DNA of 64,000 nucleotides. It comes from Chrysomallon squamiferum. Lineage: Eukaryota; Animalia; Mollusca. Shown here piece after piece: positions 27,390 through 41,800 of this stretch. Positions within the stretch are counted from its first letter, which is position 1. Every line of letters begins with the position of its first letter. The notes beneath the pieces were generated by a model. That model saw only the letters and a program-made list of their open reading frames with translations, made no database searches and was not told the origin of the DNA. The stretch spans positions 7,192,001 through 7,256,000 of the forward strand of contig CM022667.1 in the NCBI GenBank assembly GCA_012295275.1, in the 5' to 3' direction. A program made the translations under genes and the position numbers.

Positions 27390-28240
27390 GAAGTTTCTTT
27401 CAAATTAGAAATGTGTATTTGAAAATATATATTCAATATTCAGAACTTCAAACTGTGTTTTTTAAACAGGATGTCATGTGATACATTTTAGTAACCATGA
27501 AACAGTCTCTCTGATACTAGTTTATCTTTTTAGGGTTTTATATTTCACATTTTGAACTTTTTTATTGAAACATGGTGCTCTATATCTACATGTGTGGGGA
27601 AGGCTTTTTTGGTGCTTCAAATGCAATACTTCTATTATTAACTGCCAGCTTGTATAACATTAACTTTATTTCAGATTCTTTCAAACTAGAAAGGTGTATC
27701 AGATGATAATTACTTCAGTCCACAATTGACAAAATTACAAACTCTATTTTTGAAACAGGACATCAGGTCATAAATTTAGTCATCATGAAACACTCTCTGT
27801 GATACTAGTTTATCTTTTTAGGGTTTTATATTTCACATTTTGAACTTTTTTATTGAAACATGGTGCTCTATATCTACATGTGTGGGGAAGGCTTTTTTGG
27901 TGCTTCAAATGCAATACTTCTATTATTAACTGCCAGCTTGTATAACATTAACTTTATTTCAGATTCTTTCAAACTAGAAAGGTGTATCAGATGATAATTA
28001 CTTCAGTCCACAATTGACAAAATTACAAACTCTATTTTTGAAACAGGACATCAGGTCATAAATTTAGTCATCATGAAACACTAGTTTATCTTTTTAGTTT
28101 TTATATAAATCTTTCACATTGTAAACTTTTTTATTGAAAATTTGTGCTTTATACCTGTGTGTGAGTTTTGTGCTTCAGATGCAATATTTATATTATATAC
28201 TACCAGCTTGTACAACATAAACTTTATTTTTTACATTTTA
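27390..28240 (+). repeat. Tandem duplication/triplication of about 289 bp in the copine 3' UTR
   Basis: 27512-27790 is repeated almost exactly at 27800-28080; diverged partial copies lie on both sides. Confidence 0.9.
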
Positions 28241-29769
28241 TATATATATTGACACACTCAAACACTGTTATGTTGATGCTGTTGTGACCACACAAAATTC
28301 TGAGTTTGACTCAGTATTATTTAAATAATTAGTGCTTAAAAACAAAATATATTTTTTTATTATGGAATGACACAATTTAAAATGAAAAATAAAATCAATA
28401 AATCGTTCATCCTACCATTACTATTTTTATTACTACACCAAGTTTAGTTCATCTGGAATAGAGTTGCTTATCTTTGTAACAATTTTTATAAATTACAGAA
28501 TCAGTACAAGTGTAGATGTAGAATTTGAACAAAATTTTAAAATTAATTTTAGTGAGCATGAACTTTAAGAATAAAAGTTAAGAATATAATACAATGCTTT
28601 ACAGAAAAGTATGAAACAAGCTCAACTCATTCACAACACATTAATTAACAAAGTATAGTTAAAAATTTGAGTTACATGTTGGTATAGACACTGCAGAGCA
28701 AAAAAGTAGTCTAGGATCTGGTTTTCAGTCAAGACTAGGAAAACTGCATCCTGAGTATTCAGGAGGTCAGATGGCAGATTTAATTGGCATCATCTTAAAA
28801 ATGTTTTAGAAGTGGTAGTTCTCTCAGATTGTGGTAGTACTAATTACTTTTCTAGAGCAGTTTGAAGGAGGGTACTGTGAAAACACGTATTTCTCTAGTT
28901 AAACATAGAAATAATCATTGCACTAAAAAGCATAAACAAAATTCTTCCATGAGTCATATCATTTTAATCAGAGATCTCCCAGGAATGTATTAAAGATATA
29001 AATATGTTAATGATATTACGTGAAGAACTTTAATGGTATGACACATATTTTTTATCTACTGTCATGGCATCCCAGGTATTTAGAAACTCTGAGTGATTTA
29101 TCTTGGGTATCCATGTTTGCTATAAGATTAAGATGTCATTAAGTAGCTAGAGTGATTTGATGGTTGGCATGTAACTGCAAAATGAGCAATGTACACAGAG
29201 CAATGATTAGTCCATGAATCAAGAGATAATTAATGAGATTGCCAGTTCTAAAACTTTCCTAAATCTTTCATTAAATTCTGAATACTCACAGTGCCACCAC
29301 AACATTTTTTTGTTTATTTCTTTATTATTATTAAATGTTTTGTCTACCTCTGGGTCAGCTCCAGTTTGTTTCCCCAGCAGCACTGACTCTGTTTCCATCA
29401 ACAGCTTTCCATACTGGTAACTTCAGTGTGTGTTTGTGCATACAGAATTTTTGTAATTTTATGTATTTTATTTGTTCTGCGACTTTGTACTGGTAATATG
29501 TAGTAAATAAAAATATTAAATCACTTTTGTGTTTTGCTTTTTAAATGTATTCATTGTTCAAGTCCAGTTATTACAGTTATTACCGTTGTTCAACAATACC
29601 AGAAGTAGTTGAGTGTGTAATTAGGAAGATATCTATTTACTAGAATCAGCAAGAAAACAACTGTGAAATTAGTGATTCATTAATCAAATTATTGGTAGCA
29701 GAGGGTAAGAGGTTACACAGGGTAAACTGTTGCAGCTACAAAACAGTAAAATTTCAAGGGAGATTCTAC

Positions 29770-30410
29770 TGTTCTTTGTAATCTATACACTAGACCTTTC
29801 TTCATAATCTCTATACAGGACTGTTCTTCATAATCTGTATATAGGACCTTTCTTAGTAATCTATTCTCAGAACTATTTTTCATAATCTGTACACAATGCT
29901 CTTCTTCACAATCTCTACACAGGACCAATCTTTATAATCTAGACACAGGACCAATCTTTATAATCTAGACACAGGACCAATCTTTATAATCTATACACAA
30001 GACTAATCTTTATAATCTAGACACAGGACCAATATTTATAATCTATACACAGGACCAATCTTTATAATCTATACACAGGACCAGTCTTTATAATCTATAC
30101 ACAGGACCAGTCTTTATAATCTCTACATAGGACCAATCTTTATAATCTATACACAGGACCATTCTGTATAATCAATAAACAGGACCAATCTTTATAATCT
30201 ATACACAGGACCAATCTTTATAATCTATACACAGGACCAATCTTTATAACCTATAAACAGGACCATTCTTTATAATCAGTAAACAGGACAATTCTATATA
30301 ATCAATAAACAGGACCAATCTTTATAACCTATAAACAGGACCATTCTTTATAATCAGTAAACAGGACAATTCTGTATAATCAATAAACAGGACTATTCTT
30401 CATAATCAGT
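29770..30410 (+). repeat. 26-bp minisatellite
   Basis: Unit ACACAGGACCAATCTTTATAATCTAT. Confidence 0.95.
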
Positions 30411-31149
30411 AACCACTGTCAGTGGAGTCATCACCTTGACTGCAGCAGTCAAACATCCTTGATCATGTTCCACGTGATTGCATAATCTCTCCAACTAAAG
30501 ATGTAGTCAACATACTGGATACAGAAGTGTAATTAAGAACAATAAGAAAAATAGCACCCAATTTTTATTTTATCCTTTGACTAAGAATTAATTGGAAACA
30601 ATATAAATATTATATTTGTCTTTACAAAATAGTGAAAATTTACATATGTGCTTGTATTATGATTAGGTCTACACTGGATGTTCACGAGTTGGAAAAAGAA
30701 AGAATTTAAACCAGGTATTTTGTATACACTGCTCCCTTACAACTGACTGTCATATAGCTTTTAACAGTTTTATCACAAATGTCCACAATTATTACTAACA
30801 AAATGTTAACTGCTGTCTCTGCACCTGTCTACTGCGGAGAAGATTAATTTATCATTTAGATTACATTTGAATGTATAGAATAGGTACACAGTTGTTTGTT
30901 TTTGAATTTTAACATTCCTATGATAGAGGAGCAAAGTTACAAAATAAAAGTGTTTAAGAAGCAAAACCTGCTCTTTATAACTGTTAAATGTTTTTAACAA
31001 ATACAGACTGAGTGTTGATACCTGTACAATACTTATTACACAACATCACCATGTTACAAGATACTTTTCTCTCATTCTGTTGGTCTCCTGTAGGTATCAT
31101 TTCATAGTGGGAATCCTGAAAGTTATAATAACAAACAAATAAATAGTAT

Positions 31150-31990
31150 TGAAAATGACTAAGTATTGTGTAATTTTGTTTTGCTAGAATGTATGAAATG
31201 ACTAAATATTGTACAGTTTTGTTATATTTACACTAGTATATGTGAAATGACTAAATATTGTACAGTTTTGTTATATTTACACTAGTATATGTGAAATGAC
31301 TAAGTATTGTATAGTTTTGTTATATTTACACTAGTATATGTGAAATGACTAAGTATTGTATAGTTTTGTTATATTTACACTAGTATATGTGAAATGACTA
31401 AGTATTGTATAGTTTTGTTATACTTTCACTCCTGTGTGAAATGACTAAGTATTGTATAGTTTTGTTATATTTACACTAGTATATGTGAAATGACTAAATA
31501 TTGTACAGTTTTGTTATATTTACACTAGTATATGTGAAATGACTAAGTATTGTATAGTTTTGTTATAGTAGTATGTGTGAAATGACTAAGTTTTGTATAT
31601 TTTTGTTTTACTTAAACTTGTATGCGTGAAACTAGGTTTTGTATAATTTTGTTGTACTAACTGTAGTATGTGTGAAATGACTAAGTATTGTATAGTTTTG
31701 TTATACTTAAAGTGTACTTTAAAGTGTTCTTGTACCAGAAACTATTAAATATTTTAAACTGTTCTTGTACCAGAAACTATTAAATATGTAAAACTGTTCT
31801 TGTACCAGAAACTATTAAATATTTAAAACTTTTCTTGTACCAGAAACTATTAAATATTTTAAAGTGTTCTTGTACCAGAAACTATTAAATATTTAAAATT
31901 GTTCTTGTACCAGAAACTATTAAATATTTTAAAGTGTTCCTGTACCAGAAACTATTAAATATTTGAAAGTGTTCTTGTACCAAAATCTAT
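31150..31990 (+). repeat. Adjacent 49-bp and 35-bp minisatellites
   Basis: GAAATGACTAAGTATTGTATAGTTTTGTTATATTTACACTAGTATATGT (31150-31710); GTTCTTGTACCAGAAACTATTAAATATTTTAAAGT (31720-31990). Confidence 0.93.
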
Positions 31991-32491
31991 TATATATGTA
32001 ATTTTATAAATATTCTGGTATCAGTAACACTGTATTGAAATTTTAAAAATATTCTTGTATCATAAAAATTATACTAAATTAAATATTTTTGTACAAGAAA
32101 TTTCTTAATTAAATATTTTGTAGTAGTAGTTGTTGTAATTTTAGTGGTAGTAGTTGTAGTAGTAGTAGGTGTAGTGATGGTGATATACAGTAATATAGAA
32201 AAGTTGATCTATATGTATTTGTATTTATAGATATATATTAACCAGTAAATATTAACTGTTGTCTGCCTGCTCGCTTTAGAAATAGTCTGTTATGATACTT
32301 CACTTCCTATCTACTTCATGGCTTGTATTATTCTCATATAATATGTATAACATTTCTTTAAATCAACTTGTGACAGCACTAAATTAATAATCTTATAAAT
32401 GTGTGTTTTTTCGAACTTTAATAGACTGATTAAATGTTGTAGCTATAAAATTAGAACAGTCCTTTAAAAGTAAATCATTAAACGAAATCAC

Positions 32492-32724
32492 CAGCAAGAC
32501 ATTTGTTTTCATAAACTGTTCCGTCAGTAATCTGCAGATAATCGGATTTACAGAATCTGGAAAGTTCTATGTTGATTCGATGCTTTTGCTTTGGTGCACG
32601 GATTGCGAGGGAGCAATTAAGGTAATCAGAATACGGTTCATTCTTATCGGAGTATTCAACCATTCCGTCTGTGAGTGAATCTGCAAGTCTAGTTGGTTAG
32701 AGCAACACCGTTTCTGAAGATTGA
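32492..32724 (-). pseudogene. Relic or diverged CUB-domain exon, a third paralogue of the CUB-LDLa genes
   Basis: Reads Y.DYLNCSLAIRAPKQKHRINIELSRFCKSDYLQITDG, comparable to [32 protein letters not shown]. Bounded by TTTCAG and GTGATT. The 233-nt length breaks frame; an internal acceptor at 32681 would give an in-frame 189-nt exon. No intact downstream exons were found. Confidence 0.55.
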
Positions 32725-33172
32725 CTGAAATTACAAAATAGTATAAATGAAATAGAATTACACATATACAAAAAAAAAAAAAAAAAAAAAATACCCCCCC
32801 CCCAAAAAATAATTATAATAAAAATAAATAAATAAAATAAAATAAATAAAAAATAAAATAAAAATATAAATACATATATAAAAATAAAAACAGTTAACTG
32901 CCATCAATTTCTAAAGCAAATGATTTCATTACAATAAGTAACACCCATCTCTCATCCCTACCCCCAAAACACAATGTATACGACATTAACGTTACACACA
33001 TATACTCGAACAAATACGTGTATGTTTGTTGAAGTTGTTAATGAAGTTTTGATTTTAAAAACAAAATATTTATACTTGAACACAGAAAACTACGGAATTG
33101 GCACCAGTATAAAATATGTCCCGTCTATGCATACTTTTTAAATTATTTATTTATTTATTTTTTATTTCTTTA

Positions 33173-33213
<41 letters not shown>

Positions 33214-33362
33214 TTGACGACTTTTTATACAATTACCATTTATATACATTGCTACCAAATCTTCTTTATAAACCATTTATATATTTATTTATTTTATGAA
33301 ATTTGTATGGAGCTGTAGAAATTAATAGAGGGATTTTCAAATGCAAATTGAAGATAACGGAA

Positions 33363-36300
33363 ATGGCGTCAAATATAATTTTGCTGTTTATGTTTACTGC
33401 CTTTTTACAGGATACTGATGGTGCTCACTACAAAGTATGTAAGTGACAGGCATTAATATTATTGATACGTTAATTATCAAATCAGTTGTCATAATATATT
33501 AAAATTGGAATGTCTGTTAATATCGTAACAATTCTAATAGAGTTATGATTGTTTATTTTATGGATATTTATTTACTCTATTGATTATTTAGAAGATATGA
33601 ATTCTATTTATTTAGTAGATATTTGATTATTATATTGATTATTTAGTAGACATTTAATTGTTCTGTTGATTGTATATTTAATTATTCTCTTTATTATTTA
33701 ATAAATATTTAAATCATCTACTGATTATGATTAGTTAATAGATATTTAATAATTTTTTTGATTATTTAGTAGATATTTACTTATTATATTGATTATTTAG
33801 TAGATGATTAATTATTCTGTTGATTATTTAACAGAAATAATTATTCTACTGATTATTCTAGCGGAGATGTAATGTTTCTGTATCAGCACATCTCGATGTC
33901 CATGTTTATCTTTATGGCTGAAGAGGTTATGTGAGATGGAAAAAAGGAGAGCTGAACACAAAGCGATTACCTAAGTTAAAATGTAGATGATGTAATTACT
34001 CCAGTATAATTACTTTAGTAGAATTTAATTGTTGTAGATTTGTTCTCATTTTCAGTTTTCATGGACCAGTTGTGTGACAAAGTAATTGATCTTAATAACG
34101 AAACTTGGCCGTTCGGCAAACTGAAGCTGACGAAGTCGAGATACTACAAAAACAACATGGATTGTGCACTCACCATCAAAGCACGACCTCAACGTCGTCT
34201 GCTCGTAAAGTTTCTGCGACTAGACATTCATAAAAATCGCAACACCTGCAACGATTGGCTGGTAATGTTTGACTCGAAGACATCAGTGGACATTGCAAAC
34301 GTTGAAGGTATCAGCAACATAATTTACACCGAAAGATATCAGAATAACAGATAACGCGATTATATTTAAATACGCGGAAAGTTTAAAAATTAATTTTTAT
34401 TCTTTTATTTTGTGTTTATATTAAAACAATATTGTTAGCACTTTAAAACATTTTATTACTTTCCTTGTAAATATTAATAATATTGTTATTTTAAAAGAAA
34501 CGCTGACGATTTAATTTTTATTTTAAAATTCATTGTTGTCATGTTTCAACACATTTCAATAAAGTTTTAAAGCATTATTCAGAAAAGAACATATACATAT
34601 TAATGATGGGCTATAGTGATGTATGTTACACCACTCAGATTTCATGTTCTCTGATGTTTTCACTTGAGATTATTTTTACATAGAAATCTTTAGTAGATCC
34701 GCCTTGAGTCAAATCGTAAGATAGGCTCTCAAACAATAACTAATTGCAAGATGTTGACAAAAATACAGCAGGAGAATGAAGACTCGCCAAAAGTTAGTGT
34801 CGTGATCTTACAGCATGGTCTTCTTGTTTTATCAGTGACTCAAAGAACACGGCACTCTCTAGAGAAACAGCGTGGTGTTCTAGTTTTATCAGTGACTCAA
34901 AGAACACGGCACTCTCTAGAGAAACAGCGTGGTTTTCTAGTTTTATCAGTGACTTACAGAACACGGCACTCTCTAGAGAAACAGCGTGGTGTTCTAGTTT
35001 TATCAGTGACTTACAGAATGAGGCAATCTCTAGAGAAACAGCGTGGTTTTCTGGTTTTATCAGTGACTTACAGAACACGGCACTCTCTAGAGAAACAGCG
35101 TGATGTTCTGGTTTTAGCAGTGACTTACAGAATGAGGCAATCTCTAGAGAAACAGCTCGGTTTTCTGGTTTTAGCAGTGACTTACAGAATGAGGCAATCT
35201 CTAGAGAAACAGCGTAGTTTTCTAGTTATATCAGTGACTTACAGAACACGGCACTCTCTAGAGAAACAGCGTGATGTTCTGGTTTTAGCAGTGACTTACA
35301 GAATGAGGCAATCTCTAGAGAAACAGCTTGGTTTTCTGGTTTTAGCAGTGACTTACAGAATGAGGCAATCTCTAGAGAAACAGCGTGGTTTTCTGGTTTT
35401 ATCAGTGACTTACAGAATGAGGCAATCTCTAGAGAAACAGCGTGGTTTTCTGGTTTTATCAGTGACTTACAGAACACGGCAATCTCTAGAGAAACAGGAA
35501 CAGTACTCGTGTGGTACTAGAGTTTCAGTGGACAATGTTTTCTTGATAACATTGATTAGATTGTTGTTACATAAATACGCGGACGAATGCAAAGTCTGTT
35601 ATATTTAATTGTTTATCACTGAGACTAACCAGCCTAGTGTTCCGGTATTTAATTGTTTATCACTGAGACTAACCAGCCTAGTGTTCCGGTATTTAATTGT
35701 TTATCACTGACACTAACCTTCCTAGTGTTCCGGTATTTAATTGTTTATCACTGAGACTAACCAGCCTAGTGTTCCGGTATTTAATTGTTTATCACTGAGA
35801 CTAACCAGCCTAGTGTTCCGGTATTTAATTGTTTATCACTGACACTAACCAGCCTAGTGTTCCGGTATTTAATTGTTTATCACTGAGACTAACCAGCCTA
35901 GTGTTCCGGTATTTAATTGTTTATCACTGAGACTAACCAGCCTAGTGTTCCGGTATTTAATTGTTTATCACTGACACTAACCAGCCTAGTGTTCCGGTAT
36001 TTAATTGTTTATCACTGACACTAACCAGCCTAGTGTTCCGGTATTTAATTGTTTATCACTGAGACTAACCAGCCTAGTGTTCCGGTATTTAATTGTTTAT
36101 CACTGAGACTAACCAGCCTAGTGTTCCGGATAAACAAGTAAAAAACAATCAAATACATTACTTTTTTTCAGAGTTAACAATACAGTTTGTGCATGTCACA
36201 ATAGCAAATAAATAAAATGGAGATAGTGTTCTGTTTTTATACTTGACTATTTTTCTATGAAATGAAAGGTGTGCTGTTTTTATACTTGACTATTTTTTTA

Positions 36301-37495
36301 TGAACTGAAAGGTGTTCTGTTTTTATACTTGACTATTTTTTTATGAAATGAAAGGTGTTCTGTTTTTATACTTGACTATTTTTCTATGAAATGAAAGGTA
36401 TTCTGTTTTTATACTTGACTATTTTTCTATGAAATGAAAGGTGTTCTGTTTTTATACTTGACTATTTTTCTATGAAATGAAAGGTGTTCTGTTTTTATAC
36501 TTGACTATTTGTCTGCTAGGCGCTCTGACGACGAAAATCTGCGGAGAGCAGAAACCCACACGGTACTTCCAGACAACGAAGCAGTATTTGTCGCTCTACT
36601 TCTACAGCGACGGCGCTGCAACTGACGATGGCTTCACGTTGATGTTCACGTCTTTCCATTTAGGTAAAGTTAACAAGTGTAGCAGAAAGCAAAATAATTG
36701 TTTTATAAGAAACATTTGTATAAAACATATTTGGCTGTGTTCACAAACGAAAAATTAGTGATGTCTATATCCAGATATTACTAATTTTATTCTTCTTTTT
36801 GTTATTATTATATTTCCTAGGTTCTTGCACGCCTTCAGAGTTTAGGTGTAGAAACGGGCGGTGTATTTCAAACAGTCTCAAATGTGATGAGTACAACAAC
36901 TGCGAGGACGGCTCGGATATGTGTTCGGTCATTTCCAGTATCAGCATTCTGTGGATCATCACAATCACAATCGTCGCCTGTCTGCTGGCCATCGGCGCCT
37001 TTCTCTGCATCAGACTGGAGCGAGCCAAACGAGCCAAGGTCATTTACACCACCGTTTTAACACACGACAACAACATCACAACAACAACACAACAACAAAC
37101 AACAACAACAACAAATAAGGCAATGTACAGGAAGAGTAGTATACAGATCTATTACGTTTCAGCTAAGACGTCGTTCTAGTCTGTCAGCGAGGTCGTTTCG
37201 ATCGGTGACGTCGGTGAGGTCGGGATCTGTTGGTCGGCAAGCGTCTCTGCCAGCGACAAGTCGTGCAAGTCGTGCAGGATCTCGCAGGTCGGTGGCAGGA
37301 GGCCAGTCTGCGTCACGTCTGTCCCTGCACTCACAGACATCAGACAGACGACAGTCGCCTCGTGCGTCTCCCCGGACTGCACACGTCACCAGGCCTCCTT
37401 CTGTCACCGGCACCCCTTCTATTGTAGGACAGCCTCCTGTAACTAGTCCCCCTCCTCTTACAAGTCCTCGTACCTCATTTACCCCCCTCTTCTAG
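33363..37495 (+). CDS. Signal peptide-CUB-LDLa-transmembrane receptor-like protein, paralogue 1, with Ser/Arg/Pro-rich tail
   Basis: Exons 33363-33438, 34056-34307, 36520-36663, 36821-37038, 37163-37495 in frame. Signal peptide [16 protein letters not shown]; CUB ([28 protein letters not shown]...GF); LDLa [33 protein letters not shown]; [24 protein letters not shown]; tail [11 protein letters not shown]...[10 protein letters not shown]. Confidence 0.9.
34813..36510 (+). repeat. Three consecutive minisatellites (60, 44 and 43 bp) in intron 2 of CUB-LDLa paralogue 1
   Basis: 60-bp unit 34813-35497; 44-bp TATTTAATTGTTTATCACTGAGACTAACCAGCCTAGTGTTCCGG 35603-36129; 43-bp GTGTTCTGTTTTTATACTTGACTATTTTTCTATGAAATGAAAG 36225-36510, ending about 9 nt before the acceptor. 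Confidence 0.95.
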
Positions 37496-38486
37496 AATCG
37501 TGTAAGGAAATCTACAAACCATACTCACACTAGTACGTTGTTTAGTAACGTACTAGATAACAAAATCTAGAAACTACCCACACACTAGTACGTTGTTTAG
37601 TAACGTACTAGTTAATAAAGGTGACTGGTGGTATGAACACACGTCTAATATAAACATTTTATATTAACAAATCATGGTTTGTTTGTACTGTTAGTGATGA
37701 ACAAACTTGTCAGATATTTTCTCCATGTTTCTGATGTAGAACTGAATCTAGTGAGAAAAGTTTGTAATCATCTAGTGAATCATGAACATTTTTATTCGTG
37801 AAACAGCATTTGACTATCATATTGTAAATTACGTGTGTTCAAATAATTGTTGTGTAATGTATTCTGCGTGTGAAACGTTGTTACAAATAATATAATGATG
37901 AATGTGTAACATAGCTGTAATAAATTATGTGTATTATAAACAATATAAAGCTTTTGCTGTATAAATTATATTTTATTAATGTATTTACTATTAAATTACA
38001 TTTGGTAACGTTATAATGGATGTGTTAAAAGGAATGATCTATTTTTGATTTTATATACATCTGTGATGTTATAAATACCATATACTAACATTTGTTTGTT
38101 GCTATTATAAATAAAATAAAACGTTTGTCTTTGTAATGTAAATAATGTGTGTGTGTGTTTTAAATATATGTTTGTGTTCCAACACGAATAGCGGCATACA
38201 GACGTTAAGTATCTGACAGACTGCGTTTCATGAAAGTATTAGGGCAAAACATTGGACGATTTGTCCTTGTGGATTGAATATTTTACTTTTTAATGCACGA
38301 TCAGAAATGAAGATATCACAAATATACCAGACATAGTAGGGCAACAAATATTCTGTACTATACGACGAGTTCAGTAAAAGAAATATTTTACAGTGTGATG
38401 TCACACAGAGTATAATACAAACTCACTGAACTATATGTATGTTTAAGAGAATGATTATGTCATCTTGCTTACAGAAACAGCTGATT

Positions 38487-38624
<138 letters not shown>

Positions 38625-38880
38625 TCACAGTTATGGTTTCAGTTAATTTAAGAAGCTTTAACAAAGAAATAAAATTAAATATTTTATTTTTTTCACGTCT
38701 CATATTTCGCTGTACGTTAGTAATAAAAAGGAGATGATACAACAGACAAGCAAGAATTGTTTTTTGATATTGTATTACAGATTTCGTAATAAAAAGATTT
38801 TACGTCACTAAAGAAGTATTATAAGCGGATGGTGACAGATTAATCATATAAATAATGTTCGAGCTGACCAAAACGATTTT

Positions 38881-41800
38881 TTACAGTTTGACTAAATCAA
38901 AACTATCCCGCTCTTCTGACAGGCGTCGTTTTCTTCCTGTTTCCTCTTTCTTATTCTGTTTGTGAAAGGAATGTCCGCTATAGAGTAGCGTCCCTTGGGA
39001 AGAATTCCCGTGAAAGAAAAATTCGTCCTTCTCTGGAACAGGTGCTGGGTAAGCACGGAAGCTAACCACGTGATCCATTACATTAGGCCCCAGAGGTCCC
39101 TCTTTGTAGCCATAGTTTTTCAGGGTTGAAGGATCGAGTGTATGCATCTTGTAAGTACTGCGGTCTTTCAGAATGGTGGAGTAGAGGTCGAAGTCATCCG
39201 CCCGTGACGACAAAGAGTTGAACTTGAAATCACGTGGTAGAGAACCATCCATAGAATATGTCTGCAATAAAACATGTATAACAAAATTTATATATCTACA
39301 ATAAAACGTATGGCAATATTTATATGTCTTCAATAAAATATATATGACAACATGTATATGTCTACACTATAGCATTATGTGTAACGTCATTTATATGTTT
39401 ATAATAAAACATGTATAACAACATCTATATGTCTACAAAATGGCATTATGTGTAAAAATGTTTTTTATGTCTGGAATATAACAATGTTGCTGTGTTCAAA
39501 CCTCACCCCCTCCGATTTTGTTGAAAATATGTGTTTGGGGTAATGGGCTGAAAACGCTGATATTTCCATTTCGTGCATGATTACAAAATAAATAAATAAA
39601 TAAATAACGATTTCCTGTAACGGTCAGTTCAATAACAGTTTGTGTTCAAAAAGGGCGTGGCCGGCCAATATTGAAATGACCATAGCTCAGCAATCAATTG
39701 GTCAGTAAAGTGGACTGAAAGTGGTTTTGATTTGGCAAGCACTGTAAAATGACTCTTCAGTTTCATTCCCATCTTAAAATTCACATAGCAGGTGTACAGA
39801 CTGAGTGCACAGGTTGTTAACATGTTAACAGAGAACTGGTGGGTGTGTCAGTAATCGATGATATAGGAATAGAAGATGAACCAAAAGTGCCGCTACAAGT
39901 ACAGGAAAAATACATCTGTTGACTTTATGGACTTAGGACAACATCATATATTGTACAGTGTTACATCTGAACCTTAGGACATCATCATGTATTGTACAGT
40001 GTTACATCTGAAATTAGGACATCATCATATATTGTACAGTGTTACATCTGAACCTTAGGACATCATCATATAGTGTACAGTGTTACATCTGAAATTAGGA
40101 CATCATCATATATTGTACAGTGTTACATCTGAACCTTAGGACAACATCATATAGTGTACAGTGTTACATCTGAAATTAGGACATCATCATATATTGTACA
40201 GTGTTACATCTGAACCTTAGGACATCATCATATAGTGTACAGTGTTACATCTGAAATTAGGACATCATCATATATTGTACAGTGTTACATCTGAACCTTA
40301 GGACAACATCATATAGTGTACAGTGTTACATCTGAACCTTAGGTATGCATAGTGTGATTCCATTTTACATTCTAGCGAGAAATAACATCACTACAGTTAT
40401 TAGTATTACATGTTGCGCTAATTTATTCAAGCAAAATCACGTGATACGCAAGATAAATTTCAAGGCAAAAGAATATCACTTCAATTTATCGTGAAATTAT
40501 ATTTCAAGAAAACTTGTCAGTACAACTGATTAATTGTTTGCTGAGCTAAGATCATTTGAATGATGGCTCATTATATATATTGTTGAAGGTTACTTATTTA
40601 GTATTTAATTGCTAATTTAGATTTTAAAAGATCATTTTCAAAATTGTTTTCATTTCCAAAAATAACATTTTCTTATTTAATAACTATTTTCTTTTGATGT
40701 CTAGTTTTGAAGGCGACAACGCGTGAATCTATTACTCTCGAGAGCTATGACGAATAATAAAAAAGTGTAATCCATTTAGATTTTGTATTACAGAGATTGC
40801 ACGTGATTCAAATCGTATCGCAGATAAATCTGATATAATCAGTAACTAGTTATTCTCTATGTAAAAGCACTACTACGATTTAACTAGTGATGTTAGTTTT
40901 AACAAGAGCAATGATGTTAAACATTCAGTGATAAAGTAATGCTATTAATGATGTTAATATTAACCAGTGGAATGATGTTAAACATTCAGTGATAAAGTAA
41001 TGCTATTAATGATGTTAATATTAACCAGTGGAATGATGCTAAACATTCAGTGATAAAGTAATGCTATTAATGATGTTAATATTAACCAGTGGAATGATGT
41101 TAAACATTCAGTGATAAAGTAATGCTATTAATGATGTTAATATTAACCAGTGGAATGATGTTAAACATTCAGTGACGATGTTAATGATGTTAATATTAAC
41201 CAGTGGAATGATGTTAAACATTCAGTGACGATGTTAATGATGTTAATATGAAGGAATACAGGGTGATATAGATACACATTTTGAACTATGACGCACCTGA
41301 AGAATTCGTTCAAACTGAAAAACAAAATGAAAACATCATTATACATTTTTCTGTTATTCAATTTGTTTTTGACTTTCAGGTGAAACATGAAATAAGATTA
41401 ATTTAAGAGGCGAAAGTGTTTGGGTAATGTAAAATATTTTATTTATTTGTTTACTCAATATCATTCGGAAAAACACTAATTTTAGAAAAAACATATTTAT
41501 TGAACTCTGTTTATCACATGCATTGTTTGTGTATCTAGCAAGAGCAAGATAAATTATCAGAACATAGATAAACATAGATAAACAAACAGGAAATTGAGAT
41601 AGAGATTAAAATACACACACACACTCAACCCACACACACATACATACACACATACATACAGTTGGTGTAAACAGGAAATACAAATATTAGAAACAAAACT
41701 ATAAATGGAAAGAGAACATGAAAGCTAAAAGCGGGTGTTATTTTGTTTTTTCTCTTTCTGCTGTTTTTGTTTCTGATAATGGAGCATTTGTAGCTGACAG

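Noticed and set aside
34751-35608. 285-aa ORF with a 20-aa repeat ([16 protein letters not shown])
   Set aside because: 60-bp intronic minisatellite; no domain, no splice support, and it sits among other non-coding arrays.
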